Positions 23,601 to 38,600 of a stretch of DNA of 64,000 nucleotides are shown piece by piece (positions within the stretch are counted from its first letter, which is position 1; the number at the start of each line of letters is the position of its first letter). The notes under the pieces were generated by a model. That model ran no database searches, was not told where the DNA came from, and was given only the letters and a program-made list of their open reading frames with translations. A program made the translations under genes and the position numbers. The stretch lies in assembly GCF_009914755.1 (NCBI RefSeq), contig NC_060930.1. One strand, written 5' to 3'. The DNA comes from the human T2T-CHM13v2.0 reference genome, Homo sapiens.

Positions 23601-26600
23601 TCTTTGGAAATGGGATTTCTTCATGTAACTCTAGATTGAAGAGTTCTCAGAAACTCCTTTGTGATGTGTGCATTCAATTCAAAGAGTGAAACCTCCCTTT
23701 TCACAGAGCAGTTTTGAAACACTGTTTTTGTAGGATTTCCAAGGGGATATTTATAGCGCATTGAGCCTACGGCGGAAAAAGAAACATCTTCCTATAAAAA
23801 CTAGACAGAATACTTCTCAGAATCTGCTTTGCGATGTGTGCGTTCAACTCACAGAGTAAAACTTTTCTTTTGATAGAGCAGTTTTGAAACACTCTTTTTG
23901 TAGTATTTGCATGTGTATATTTAGAGCGCATTGAAGCCCACAGTAGAAAAGGAAATAACTTCACCTAAAACCTAGACAGAAGCAATCTCAGAAACTACTT
24001 TGTGATGTGTACATTCAACTCACAGAGTGGAACTTTCCTCTTTATAGAGCAGTGTTGAAACACTCTTTTTGTAGAAACTGCAAGTGGATATTTGGACCTC
24101 TTTGAGGCCTTCGTTGGAAACGGGATTTCTTCCTATAACCCTAGACAGAAGAATTTTCAGAAACCTCATTGTGATGTGTGCGTTCATCTCACAGAGTGGA
24201 GTCTTCCGTTTGATAGAGAAGTTTTGAAACCCTGTTCTTGTAGGATTTCCAAGTGGATATTTAGACCACTTTGAAGCCTATGATAGAAAAGGAAACATCT
24301 TCATGGAAAACATAGATAGAATCATCCTCAGAAACAACTTTGTGATGTGTGCGTTGAACTCACCGTCTTTAACCTTTCTTTTGGTAGAGAAGTTTTGAAA
24401 CACTCTCTTTGTAAAGTCTACAAGTGGATATTTTGAGCCCTTGGAGGCATTCTTTGGAAAAGGGAATGTCTTCACATAAAAGGCAGACGGAAGTGTTCTC
24501 AGAAACTGCTTTGTGATGTCTGTGTTCAACTCACAGAGTTTAACATTTCCTTTGATAGAGCGGTTTAGTAACCCTCTCTTTGTAGAATTTGGAAGTGTAT
24601 ACTAAGAGCGCTTTGAGGCCTATGGTAGAAAAGGAAATATCTTTCCATAAAAGCTAGACAGAAGCAATCTCAGAAACTCCTTTGCGATGTCTGCATTCAA
24701 CTCACCGAGTGGAACATTCCTCTTGAGAGAGCAGTTTGGAAACACTCTTTCTGTAGAATCAGCTTGTTTGTATTTGGACCTCCTTGAGGCCTTCGTTGGA
24801 AACGGGTTTTCATCTTATAAACCCAGACAGAAGAATTCTCAGAGTCTTCTTTGTGATGTGTGCTTTCAACTCACCGAGATAAAGATTTCTCTTGATAGAG
24901 CAATTTGGAAACACTCTTTTTGTAGAATTTGCAAGGGTACATTGAGAGCGCTTTCAGGCCTATGGTAGAAAAGGGAATATCTTTCCATAAAAGGTAGACA
25001 GAAGCAATCTCAGAAACTACTTTGTGATGTGTGCATTCAACTCACCGAGTGCAACGTTCCTCTTGACCGAGCAGTTTGGAAACATTGTTTCTGTAGAATC
25101 TGCAAGTGGATATTTGGACCTCTTTGAGGCCTTCGTTGGAAACGGGATTTCTTCCTATAAACCCAGACAGAAGAATTCTCAGAGACTTCTTTGTGATGTG
25201 TGAATTCAACTCACAGTGTGGATCCTTCCTTTTGATAGAGCAGTTTTGAAACCCTGTTTTTGTAGTATTTCCAAGCGGATATTTGGAACGCCTTGAAGCG
25301 TATGGTAGAAAAGGAAATATCTTCCCATAAAACCTAGACAGAACCAATCTCAGAAACGACTTTGTGATGTCTGCATTCAACTCACAGAGTTGAACATTTC
25401 TCTTGATAGAGCAGTTTTGAAACCCTCTTTCTGAAGGATCTGCAAGTGGATATTTGGAACTCCTTTGGGTCTTCGTTGGAAACGGGATTTCTTCGTATAA
25501 ATCTAGACAGAAGAATTCTCCGAAACTTCTTTGGTTGTGTGCATTCAAGTCACAGAGTGGAACCTTCCTTTGGATAGAGCAGTTTGAAACGCCGTGGTTG
25601 TAGTATTTCCAAGCGGATATTAGAGCGCCTTGAGGCCTATGGTAGAAAAGGAAATATCTTCCCATAAAACCTAGACGGAAGCAATCTCAGAAACTACTGT
25701 GTGATGGCTGCATTCCACACACACGGTGGAACATTTCTCTTGATAGAGCAGTTTTGAAACACTCTTTCTGTAGAATCTGCAAGTGGATAATTGGACCGCC
25801 TTGAGGCCTTCGTTGGAAACGGGATTTCTTCATGTTACTCTAGATAGAAGAATTCTCAAACACTGCTATGTGATGTTTGCATTCAAGTCACAGAGTGCAA
25901 CATTCCTCTTGGTAGAGCAGTTGGGAAACACTCCTTTTGTAGAATCTGCAATGGGATATTTGGACTTCTTTGAGGCCTTCGTTGGAAACGGGATTTCTTC
26001 GTATGAATCTAGACAGAAGAATTCTCAGAAACTTCCTTGTGATGTGTGCATTCAACTCAGCGAGTGGCACCTTCCTTTGGATACAGCAGTTTTGAAACAC
26101 TGTTTTTGTAGTATTTCCAAGCGGATATTTAGAGCGCCTTGAAGCCTATGCTAGAAATGGAAATATCTCCCCATAAAACCAAGACAGAAGCAATCTCAGA
26201 AACTAATGTGTGATGGCTGCATTCCACACACACGGTGGACCATTTCTCTTGATAGAGCAGTTTTGAAACACTCTTTCTGTAGAATCTGCAAGTGGATAAT
26301 TGGACCTCCTAGAGGCCTTCGTTGGAAACGGGATTTCTTCATCTAAACCTACAGAGAAGAATTCTCAGTAACTTCTTCGGATGTGTGCATTCGACGCACA
26401 GAATGGAACATTCCCTTTGATAGAGCAGTTTTGAGACACCGTTTTTGTAGAATTCCCAAGTGGATATTTAGAGCACTTTGAAGTCTCTGCTAGAAAAGGA
26501 AACATCTTCATGTAAAAAGTAGATAGAATCGTTCTCAGAAAGTGCTTAGTGACGTGTGCGTTCAACTCACAGAGTTTAACGTTTCTTTTGATAGAGCGTT

Positions 26601-29600
26601 TCTGAAACACCCTTCTTGTAGTAGCTGCAAGTGGATATTTGGACCTATTGGAGGCCTTCTTTGGAAATGGGATTTCTTCATGTAACTCTAGATTGAAGAG
26701 TTCTCAGAAACTCCTTTGTGATGTGTGCATTCAATTCAAAGAGTGAAACCTCCCTTTTCACAGAGCAGTTTTGAAACACTGTTTTTGTAGGATTTCCAAG
26801 GGGATATTTATAGCGCATTGAGCCTACGGCGGAAAAAGAAACATCTTCCTATAAAAACTAGACAGAATACTTCTCAGAATCTGCTTTGCGATGTGTGCGT
26901 TCAACTCACAGAGTAAAACTTTTCTTTTGATAGAGCAGTTTTGAAACACTCTTTTTGTAGTATTTGCATGTGTATATTTAGAGCGCATTGAAGCCCACAG
27001 TAGAAAAGGAAATAACTTCACCTAAAACCTAGACAGAAGCAATCTCAGAAACTACTTTGTGATGTGTACATTCAACTCACAGAGTGGAACTTTCCTCTTT
27101 ATAGAGCAGTGTTGAAACACTCTTTTTGTAGAAACTGCAAGTGGATATTTGGACCTCTTTGAGGCCTTCGTTGGAAACGGGATTTCTTCCTATAACCCTA
27201 GACAGAAGAATTTTCAGAAACCTCATTGTGATGTGTGCGTTCATCTCACAGAGTGGAGTCTTCCGTTTGATAGAGAAGTTTTGAAACCCTGTTCTTGTAG
27301 GATTTCCAAGTGGATATTTAGACCACTTTGAAGCCTATGATAGAAAAGGAAACATCTTCATGGAAAACATAGATAGAATCATCCTCAGAAACAACTTTGT
27401 GATGTGTGCGTTGAACTCACCGTCTTTAACCTTTCTTTTGGTAGAGAAGTTTTGAAACACTCTCTTTGTAAAGTCTACAAGTGGATATTTTGAGCCCTTG
27501 GAGGCATTCTTTGGAAAAGGGAATGTCTTCACATAAAAGGCAGACGGAAGTGTTCTCAGAAACTGCTTTGTGATGTCTGTGTTCAACTCACAGAGTTTAA
27601 CATTTCCTTTGATAGAGCGGTTTAGTAACCCTCTCTTTGTAGAATTTGGAAGTGTATACTAAGAGCGCTTTGAGGCCTATGGTAGAAAAGGAAATATCTT
27701 TCCATAAAAGCTAGACAGAAGCAATCTCAGAAACTCCTTTGCGATGTCTGCATTCAACTCACCGAGTGGAACATTCCTCTTGAGAGAGCAGTTTGGAAAC
27801 ACTCTTTCTGTAGAATCAGCTTGTTTGTATTTGGACCTCCTTGAGGCCTTCGTTGGAAACGGGTTTTCATCTTATAAACCCAGACAGAAGAATTCTCAGA
27901 GTCTTCTTTGTGATGTGTGCTTTCAACTCACCGAGATAAAGATTTCTCTTGATAGAGCAATTTGGAAACACTCTTTTTGTAGAATTTGCAAGGGTACATT
28001 GAGAGCGCTTTCAGGCCTATGGTAGAAAAGGGAATATCTTTCCATAAAAGGTAGACAGAAGCAATCTCAGAAACTACTTTGTGATGTGTGCATTCAACTC
28101 ACCGAGTGCAACGTTCCTCTTGACCGAGCAGTTTGGAAACATTGTTTCTGTAGAATCTGCAAGTGGATATTTGGACCTCTTTGAGGCCTTCGTTGGAAAC
28201 GGGATTTCTTCCTATAAACCCAGACAGAAGAATTCTCAGAGACTTCTTTGTGATGTGTGAATTCAACTCACAGTGTGGATCCTTCCTTTTGATAGAGCAG
28301 TTTTGAAACCCTGTTTTTGTAGTATTTCCAAGCGGATATTCGGAACGCCTTGAAGCGTATGGTAGAAAAGGAAATATCTTCCCATAAAACCTAGACAGAA
28401 CCAATCTCAGAAACGACTTTGTGATGTCTGCATTCAAGTCACAGAGTTGAACATTTCTCTTGATAGAGCAGTTTTGAAACCCTCTTTCTGAAGGATCTGC
28501 AAGTGGATATTTGGAACTCCTTTGGGTCTTCGTTGGAAACGGGATTTCTTCGTATAAATCTAGACAGAAGAATTCTCCGAAACTTCTTTGGTTGTGTGCA
28601 TTCAAGTCACAGAGTGGAACCTTCCTTTGGATAGAGCAGTTTGAAACGCCGTGGTTGTAGTATTTCCAAGCGGATATTAGAGCGCCTTGAGGCCTATGGT
28701 AGAAAAGGAAATATCTTCCCATAAAACCTAGACGGAAGCAATCTCAGAAACTACTGTGTGATGGCTGCATTCCACACACACGGTGGAACATTTCTCTTGA
28801 TAGAGCAGTTTTGAAACACTCTTTCTGTAGAATCTGCAAGTGGATAATTGGACCGCCTTGAGGCCTTCGTTGGAAACGGGATTTCTTCATGTTACTCTAG
28901 ATAGAAGAATTCTCAAACACTGCTATGTGATGTTTGCATTCAAGTCACAGAGTGCAACATTCCTCTTGGTAGAGCAGTTGGGAAACACTCCTTTTGTAGA
29001 ATCTGCAATGGGATATTTGGACTTCTTTGAGGCCTTCGTTGGAAACGGGATTTCTTCGTATGAATCTAGACAGAAGAATTCTCAGAAACTTCCTTGTGAT
29101 GTGTGCATTCAACTCAGCGAGTGGCACCTTCCTTTGGATACAGCAGTTTTGAAACACTGTTTTTGTAGTATTTCCAAGCGGATATTTAGAGCGCCTTGAA
29201 GCCTATGCTAGAAATGGAAATATCTCCCCATAAAACCAAGACAGAAGCAATCTCAGAAACTAATGTGTGATGGCTGCATTCCACACACACGGTGGACCAT
29301 TTCTCTTGATAGAGCAGTTTTGAAACACTCTTTCTGTAGAATCTGCAAGTGGATAATTGGACCTCCTAGAGGCCTTCGTTGGAAACGGGATTTCTTCATC
29401 TAAACCTACAGAGAAGAATTCTCAGTAACTTCTTCGGATGTGTGCATTCGACGCACAGAATGGAACATTCCCTTTGATAGAGCAGTTTTGAGACACCGTT
29501 TTTGTAGAATTCCCAAGTGGATATTTAGAGCACTTTGAAGTCTCTGCTAGAAAAGGAAACATCTTCATGTAAAAAGTAGATAGAATCGTTCTCAGAAAGT

Positions 29601-32600
29601 GCTTAGTGACGTGTGCGTTCAACTCACAGAGTTTAACGTTTCTTTTGATAGAGCGTTTCTGAAACACCCTTCTTGTAGTAGCTGCAAGTGGATATTTGGA
29701 CCTATTGGAGGCCTTCTTTGGAAATGGGATTTCTTCATGTAACTCTAGATTGAAGAGTTCTCAGAAACTCCTTTGTGATGTGTGCATTCAATTCAAAGAG
29801 TGAAACCTCCCTTTTCACAGAGCAGTTTTGAAACACTGTTTTTGTAGGATTTCCAAGGGGATATTTATAGCGCATTGAGCCTACGGCGGAAAAAGAAACA
29901 TCTTCCTATAAAAACTAGACAGAATACTTCTCAGAATCTGCTTTGCGATGTGTGCGTTCAACTCACAGAGTAAAACTTTTCTTTTGATAGAGCAGTTTTG
30001 AAACACTCTTTTTGTAGTATTTGCATGTGTATATTTAGAGCGCATTGAAGCCCACAGTAGAAAAGGAAATAACTTCACCTAAAACCTAGACAGAAGCAAT
30101 CTCAGAAACTACTTTGTGATGTGTACATTCAACTCACAGAGTGGAACTTTCCTCTTTATAGAGCAGTGTTGAAACACTCTTTTTGTAGAAACTGCAAGTG
30201 GATATTTGGACCTCTTTGAGGCCTTCGTTGGAAACGGGATTTCTTCCTATAACCCTAGACAGAAGAATTTTCAGAAACCTCATTGTGATGTGTGCGTTCA
30301 TCTCACAGAGTGGAGTCTTCCGTTTGATAGAGAAGTTTTGAAACCCTGTTCTTGTAGGATTTCCAAGTGGATATTTAGACCACTTTGAAGCCTATGATAG
30401 AAAAGGAAACATCTTCATGGAAAACATAGATAGAATCATCCTCAGAAACAACTTTGTGATGTGTGCGTTGAACTCACCGTCTTTAACCTTTCTTTTGGTA
30501 GAGAAGTTTTGAAACACTCTCTTTGTAAAGTCTACAAGTGGATATTTTGAGCCCTTGGAGGCATTCTTTGGAAAAGGGAATGTCTTCACATAAAAGGCAG
30601 ACGGAAGTGTTCTCAGAAACTGCTTTGTGATGTCTGTGTTCAACTCACAGAGTTTAACATTTCCTTTGATAGAGCGGTTTAGTAACCCTCTCTTTGTAGA
30701 ATTTGGAAGTGTATACTAAGAGCGCTTTGAGGCCTATGGTAGAAAAGGAAATATCTTTCCATAAAAGCTAGACAGAAGCAATCTCAGAAACTCCTTTGCG
30801 ATGTCTGCATTCAACTCACCGAGTGGAACATTCCTCTTGAGAGAGCAGTTTGGAAACACTCTTTCTGTAGAATCAGCTTGTTTGTATTTGGACCTCCTTG
30901 AGGCCTTCGTTGGAAACGGGTTTTCATCTTATAAATCCAGACAGAAGAATTCTCAGAGTCTTCTTTGTGATGTGTGCTTTCAACTCACCGAGATAAAGAT
31001 TTCTCTTGATAGAGCAATTTGGAAACACTCTTTTTGTAGAATTTGCAAGGGTACATTGAGAGCGCTTTCAGGCCTATGGTAGAAAAGGGAATATCTTTCC
31101 ATAAAAGGTAGACAGAAGCAATCTCAGAAACTACTTTGTGATGTGTGCATTCAACTCACCGAGTGCAACGTTCCTCTTGACCGAGCAGTTTGGAAACATT
31201 GTTTCTGTAGAATCTGCAAGTGGATATTTGGACCTCTTTGAGGCCTTCGTTGGAAACGGGATTTCTTCCTATAAACCCAGACAGAAGAATTCTCAGAGAC
31301 TTCTTTGTGATGTGTGAATTCAACTCACAGTGTGGATCCTTCCTTTTGATAGAGCAGTTTTGAAACCCTGTTTTTGTAGTATTTCCAAGCGGATATTCGG
31401 AACGCCTTGAAGCGTATGGTAGAAAAGGAAATATCTTCCCATAAAACCTAGACAGAACCAATCTCAGAAACGACTTTGTGATGTCTGCATTCAACTCACA
31501 GAGTTGAACATTTCTCTTGATAGAGCAGTTTTGAAACCCTCTTTCTGAAGGATCTGCAAGTGGATATTTGGAACTCCTTTGGGTCTTCGTTGGAAACGGG
31601 ATTTCTTCGTATAAATCTAGACAGAAGAATTCTCCGAAACTTCTTTGGTTGTGTGCATTCAAGTCACAGAGTGGAACCTTCCTTTGGATAGAGCAGTTTG
31701 AAACGCCGTGGTTGTAGTATTTCCAAGCGGATATTAGAGCGCCTTGAGGCCTATGGTAGAAAAGGAAATATCTTCCCATAAAACCTAGACGGAAGCAATC
31801 TCAGAAACTACTGTGTGATGGCTGCATTCCACACACACGGTGGAACATTTCTCTTGATAGAGCAGTTTTGAAACACTCTTTCTGTAGAATCTGCAAGTGG
31901 ATAATTGGACCGCCTTGAGGCCTTCGTTGGAAACGGGATTTCTTCATGTTACTCTAGATAGAAGAATTCTCAAACACTGCTATGTGATGTTTGCATTCAA
32001 GTCACAGAGTGCAACATTCCTCTTGGTAGAGCAGTTGGGAAACACTCCTTTTGTAGAATCTGCAATGGGATATTTGGACTTCTTTGAGGCCTTCGTTGGA
32101 AACGGGATTTCTTCGTATGAATCTAGACAGAAGAATTCTCAGAAACTTCCTTGTGATGTGTGCATTCAACTCAGCGAGTGGCACCTTCCTTTGGATACAG
32201 CAGTTTTGAAACACTGTTTTTGTAGTATTTCCAAGCGGATATTTAGAGCGCCTTGAAGCCTATGCTAGAAATGGAAATATCTCCCCATAAAACCAAGACG
32301 GAAGCAATCTCAGAAACTAATGTGTGATGGCTGCATTCCACACACACGGTGGACCATTTCTCTTGATAGAGCAGTTTTGAAACACTCTTTCTGTAGAATC
32401 TGCAAGTGGATAATTGGACCTCCTAGAGGCCTTCGTTGGAAACGGGATTTCTTCATCTAAACCTACAGAGAAGAATTCTCAGTAACTTCTTCGGATGTGT
32501 GCATTCGACGCACAGAATGGAACATTCCCTTTGATAGAGCAGTTTTGAGACACCGTTTTTGTAGAATTCCCAAGTGGATATTTAGAGCACTTTGAAGTCT

Positions 32601-35600
32601 CTGCTAGAAAAGGAAACATCTTCATGTAAAAAGTAGATAGAATCGTTCTCAGAAAGTGCTTAGTGACGTGTGCGTTCAACTCACAGAGTTTAACGTTTCT
32701 TTTGATAGAGCGTTTCTGAAACACCCTTCTTGTAGTAGCTGCAAGTGGATATTTGGACCTATTGGAGGCCTTCTTTGGAAATGGGATTTCTTCATGTAAC
32801 TCTAGATTGAAGAGTTCTCAGAAACTCCTTTGTGATGTGTGCATTCAATTCAAAGAGTGAAACCTCCCTTTTCACAGAGCAGTTTTGAAACACTGTTTTT
32901 GTAGGATTTCCAAGGGGATATTTATAGCGCATTGAGCCTACGGCGGAAAAAGAAACATCTTCCTATAAAAACTAGACAGAATACTTCTCAGAATCTGCTT
33001 TGCGATGTGTGCGTTCAACTCACAGAGTAAAACTTTTCTTTTGATAGAGCAGTTTTGAAACACTCTTTTTGTAGTATTTGCATGTGTATATTTAGAGCGC
33101 ATTGAAGCCCACAGTAGAAAAGGAAATAACTTCACCTAAAACCTAGACAGAAGCAATCTCAGAAACTACTTTGTGATGTGTACATTCAACTCACAGAGTG
33201 GAACTTTCCTCTTTATAGAGCAGTGTTGAAACACTCTTTTTGTAGAAACTGCAAGTGGATATTTGGACCTCTTTGAGGCCTTCGTTGGAAACGGGATTTC
33301 TTCCTATAACCCTAGACAGAAGAATTTTCAGAAACCTCATTGTGATGTGTGCGTTCATCTCACAGAGTGGAGTCTTCCGTTTGATAGAGAAGTTTTGAAA
33401 CCCTGTTCTTGTAGGATTTCCAAGTGGATATTTAGACCACTTTGAAGCCTATGATAGAAAAGGAAACATCTTCATGGAAAACATAGATAGAATCATCCTC
33501 AGAAACAACTTTGTGATGTGTGCGTTGAACTCACCGTCTTTAACCTTTCTTTTGGTAGAGAAGTTTTGAAACACTCTCTTTGTAAAGTCTACAAGTGGAT
33601 ATTTTGAGCCCTTGGAGGCATTCTTTGGAAAAGGGAATGTCTTCACATAAAAGGCAGACGGAAGTGTTCTCAGAAACTGCTTTGTGATGTCTGTGTTCAA
33701 CTCACAGAGTTTAACATTTCCTTTGATAGAGCGGTTTAGTAACCCTCTCTTTGTAGAATTTGGAAGTGTATACTAAGAGCGCTTTGAGGCCTATGGTAGA
33801 AAAGGAAATATCTTTCCATAAAAGCTAGACAGAAGCAATCTCAGAAACTCCTTTGCGATGTCTGCATTCAACTCACCGAGTGGAACATTCCTCTTGAGAG
33901 AGCAGTTTGGAAACACTCTTTCTGTAGAATCAGCTTGTTTGTATTTGGACCTCCTTGAGGCCTTCGTTGGAAACGGGTTTTCATCTTATAAACCCAGACA
34001 GAAGAATTCTCAGAGTCTTCTTTGTGATGTGTGCTTTCAACTCACCGAGATAAAGATTTCTCTTGATAGAGCAATTTGGAAACACTCTTTTTGTAGAATT
34101 TGCAAGGGTACATTGAGAGCGCTTTCAGGCCTATGGTAGAAAAGGGAATATCTTTCCATAAAAGGTAGACAGAAGCAATCTCAGAAACTACTTTGTGATG
34201 TGTGCATTCAACTCACCGAGTGCAACGTTCCTCTTGACCGAGCAGTTTGGAAACATTGTTTCTGTAGAATCTGCAAGTGGATATTTGGACCTCTTTGAGG
34301 CCTTCGTTGGAAACGGGATTTCTTCCTATAAACCCAGACAGAAGAATTCTCAGAGACTTCTTTGTGATGTGTGAATTCAACTCACAGTGTGGATCCTTCC
34401 TTTTGATAGAGCAGTTTTGAAACCCTGTTTTTGTAGTATTTCCAAGCGGATATTCGGAACGCCTTGAAGCGTATGGTAGAAAAGGAAATATCTTCCCATA
34501 AAACCTAGACAGAACCAATCTCAGAAACGACTTTGTGATGTCTGCATTCAAGTCACAGAGTTGAACATTTCTCTTGATAGAGCAGTTTTGAAACCCTCTT
34601 TCTGAAGGATCTGCAAGTGGATATTTGGAACTCCTTTGGGTCTTCGTTGGAAACGGGATTTCTTCGTATAAATCTAGACAGAAGAATTCTCCGAAACTTC
34701 TTTGGTTGTGTGCATTCAAGTCACAGAGTGGAACCTTCCTTTGGATAGAGCAGTTTGAAACGCCGTGGTTGTAGTATTTCCAAGCGGATATTAGAGCGCC
34801 TTGAGGCCTATGGTAGAAAAGGAAATATCTTCCCATAAAACCTAGACGGAAGCAATCTCAGAAACTACTGTGTGATGGCTGCATTCCACACACACGGTGG
34901 AACATTTCTCTTGATAGAGCAGTTTTGAAACACTCTTTCTGTAGAATCTGCAAGTGGATAATTGGACCGCCTTGAGGCCTTCGTTGGAAACGGGATTTCT
35001 TCATGTTACTCTAGATAGAAGAATTCTCAAACACTGCTATGTGATGTTTGCATTCAAGTCACAGAGTGCAACATTCCTCTTGGTAGAGCAGTTGGGAAAC
35101 ACTCCTTTTGTAGAATCTGCAATGGGATATTTGGACTTCTTTGAGGCCTTCGTTGGAAACGGGATTTCTTCGTATGAATCTAGACAGAAGAATTCTCAGA
35201 AACTTCCTTGTGATGTGTGCATTCAACTCAGCGAGTGGCACCTTCCTTTGGATACAGCAGTTTTGAAACACTGTTTTTGTAGTATTTCCAAGCGGATATT
35301 TAGAGCGCCTTGAAGCCTATGCTAGAAATGGAAATATCTCCCCATAAAACCAAGACAGAAGCAATCTCAGAAACTAATGTGTGATGGCTGCATTCCACAC
35401 ACACGGTGGACCATTTCTCTTGATAGAGCAGTTTTGAAACACTCTTTCTGTAGAATCTGCAAGTGGATAATTGGACCTCCTAGAGGCCTTCGTTGGAAAC
35501 GGGATTTCTTCATCTAAACCTACAGAGAAGAATTCTCAGTAACTTCTTCGGATGTGTGCATTCGACGCACAGAATGGAACATTCCCTTTGATAGAGCAGT

Positions 35601-38600
35601 TTTGAGACACCGTTTTTGTAGAATTCCCAAGTGGATATTTAGAGCACTTTGAAGTCTCTGCTAGAAAAGGAAACATCTTCATGTAAAAAGTAGATAGAAT
35701 CGTTCTCAGAAAGTGCTTAGTGACGTGTGCGTTCAACTCACAGAGTTTAACGTTTCTTTTGATAGAGCGTTTCTGAAACACCCTTCTTGTAGTAGCTGCA
35801 AGTGGATATTTGGACCTATTGGAGGCCTTCTTTGGAAATGGGATTTCTTCATGTAACTCTAGATTGAAGAGTTCTCAGAAACTCCTTTGTGATGTGTGCA
35901 TTCAATTCAAAGAGTGAAACCTCCCTTTTCACAGAGCAGTTTTGAAACACTGTTTTTGTAGGATTTCCAAGGGGATATTTATAGCGCATTGAGCCTACGG
36001 CGGAAAAAGAAACATCTTCCTATAAAAACTAGACAGAATACTTCTCAGAATCTGCTTTGCGATGTGTGCGTTCAACTCACAGAGTAAAACTTTTCTTTTG
36101 ATAGAGCAGTTTTGAAACACTCTTTTTGTAGTATTTGCATGTGTATATTTAGAGCGCATTGAAGCCCACAGTAGAAAAGGAAATAACTTCACCTAAAACC
36201 TAGACAGAAGCAATCTCAGAAACTACTTTGTGATGTGTACATTCAACTCACAGAGTGGAACTTTCCTCTTTATAGAGCAGTGTTGAAACACTCTTTTTGT
36301 AGAAACTGCAAGTGGATATTTGGACCTCTTTGAGGCCTTCGTTGGAAACGGGATTTCTTCCTATAACCCTAGACAGAAGAATTTTCAGAAACCTCATTGT
36401 GATGTGTGCGTTCATCTCACAGAGTGGAGTCTTCCGTTTGATAGAGAAGTTTTGAAACCCTGTTCTTGTAGGATTTCCAAGTGGATATTTAGACCACTTT
36501 GAAGCCTATGATAGAAAAGGAAACATCTTCATGGAAAACATAGATAGAATCATCCTCAGAAACAACTTTGTGATGTGTGCGTTGAACTCACCGTCTTTAA
36601 CCTTTCTTTTGGTAGAGAAGTTTTGAAACACTCTCTTTGTAAAGTCTACAAGTGGATATTTTGAGCCCTTGGAGGCATTCTTTGGAAAAGGGAATGTCTT
36701 CACATAAAAGGCAGACGGAAGTGTTCTCAGAAACTGCTTTGTGATGTCTGTGTTCAACTCACAGAGTTTAACATTTCCTTTGATAGAGCGGTTTAGTAAC
36801 CCTCTCTTTGTAGAATTTGGAAGTGTATACTAAGAGCGCTTTGAGGCCTATGGTAGAAAAGGAAATATCTTTCCATAAAAGCTAGACAGAAGCAATCTCA
36901 GAAACTCCTTTGCGATGTCTGCATTCAACTCACCGAGTGGAACATTCCTCTTGAGAGAGCAGTTTGGAAACACTCTTTCTGTAGAATCAGCTTGTTTGTA
37001 TTTGGACCTCCTTGAGGCCTTCGTTGGAAACGGGTTTTCATCTTATAAACCCAGACAGAAGAATTCTCAGAGTCTTCTTTGTGATGTGTGCTTTCAACTC
37101 ACCGAGATAAAGATTTCTCTTGATAGAGCAATTTGGAAACACTCTTTTTGTAGAATTTGCAAGGGTACATTGAGAGCGCTTTCAGGCCTATGGTAGAAAA
37201 GGGAATATCTTTCCATAAAAGGTAGACAGAAGCAATCTCAGAAACTACTTTGTGATGTGTGCATTCAACTCACCGAGTGCAACGTTCCTCTTGACCGAGC
37301 AGTTTGGAAACATTGTTTCTGTAGAATCTGCAAGTGGATATTTGGACCTCTTTGAGGCCTTCGTTGGAAACGGGATTTCTTCCTATAAACCCAGACAGAA
37401 GAATTCTCAGAGACTTCTTTGTGATGTGTGAATTCAACTCACAGTGTGGATCCTTCCTTTTGATAGAGCAGTTTTGAAACCCTGTTTTTGTAGTATTTCC
37501 AAGCGGATATTTGGAACGCCTTGAAGCGTATGGTAGAAAAGGAAATATCTTCCCATAAAACCTAGACAGAACCAATCTCAGAAACGACTTTGTGATGTCT
37601 GCATTCAACTCACAGAGTTGAACATTTCTCTTGATAGAGCAGTTTTGAAACCCTCTTTCTGAAGGATCTGCAAGTGGATATTTGGAACTCCTTTGGGTCT
37701 TCGTTGGAAACGGGATTTCTTCGTATAAATCTAGACAGAAGAATTCTCCGAAACTTCTTTGGTTGTGTGCATTCAAGTCACAGAGTGGAACCTTCCTTTG
37801 GATAGAGCAGTTTGAAACGCCGTGGTTGTAGTATTTCCAAGCGGATATTAGAGCGCCTTGAGGCCTATGGTAGAAAAGGAAATATCTTCCCATAAAACCT
37901 AGACGGAAGCAATCTCAGAAACTACTGTGTGATGGCTGCATTCCACACACACGGTGGAACATTTCTCTTGATAGAGCAGTTTTGAAACACTCTTTCTGTA
38001 GAATCTGCAAGTGGATAATTGGACCGCCTTGAGGCCTTCGTTGGAAACGGGATTTCTTCATGTTACTCTAGATAGAAGAATTCTCAAACACTGCTATGTG
38101 ATGTTTGCATTCAAGTCACAGAGTGCAACATTCCTCTTGGTAGAGCAGTTGGGAAACACTCCTTTTGTAGAATCTGCAATGGGATATTTGGACTTCTTTG
38201 AGGCCTTCGTTGGAAACGGGATTTCTTCGTATGAATCTAGACAGAAGAATTCTCAGAAACTTCCTTGTGATGTGTGCATTCAACTCAGCGAGTGGCACCT
38301 TCCTTTGGATACAGCAGTTTTGAAACACTGTTTTTGTAGTATTTCCAAGCGGATATTTAGAGCGCCTTGAAGCCTATGCTAGAAATGGAAATATCTCCCC
38401 ATAAAACCAAGACAGAAGCAATCTCAGAAACTAATGTGTGATGGCTGCATTCCACACACACGGTGGACCATTTCTCTTGATAGAGCAGTTTTGAAACACT
38501 CTTTCTGTAGAATCTGCAAGTGGATAATTGGACCTCCTAGAGGCCTTCGTTGGAAACGGGATTTCTTCATCTAAACCTACAGAGAAGAATTCTCAGTAAC

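Noticed and set aside
227-30936. Singleton substitutions (227, 1176, 7564, 14817, 19354, 30936)
   Set aside because: They are isolated single-copy changes outside the CENP-B boxes. They cannot be distinguished from sequencing or consensus error without reads and are useful only as mapping markers.
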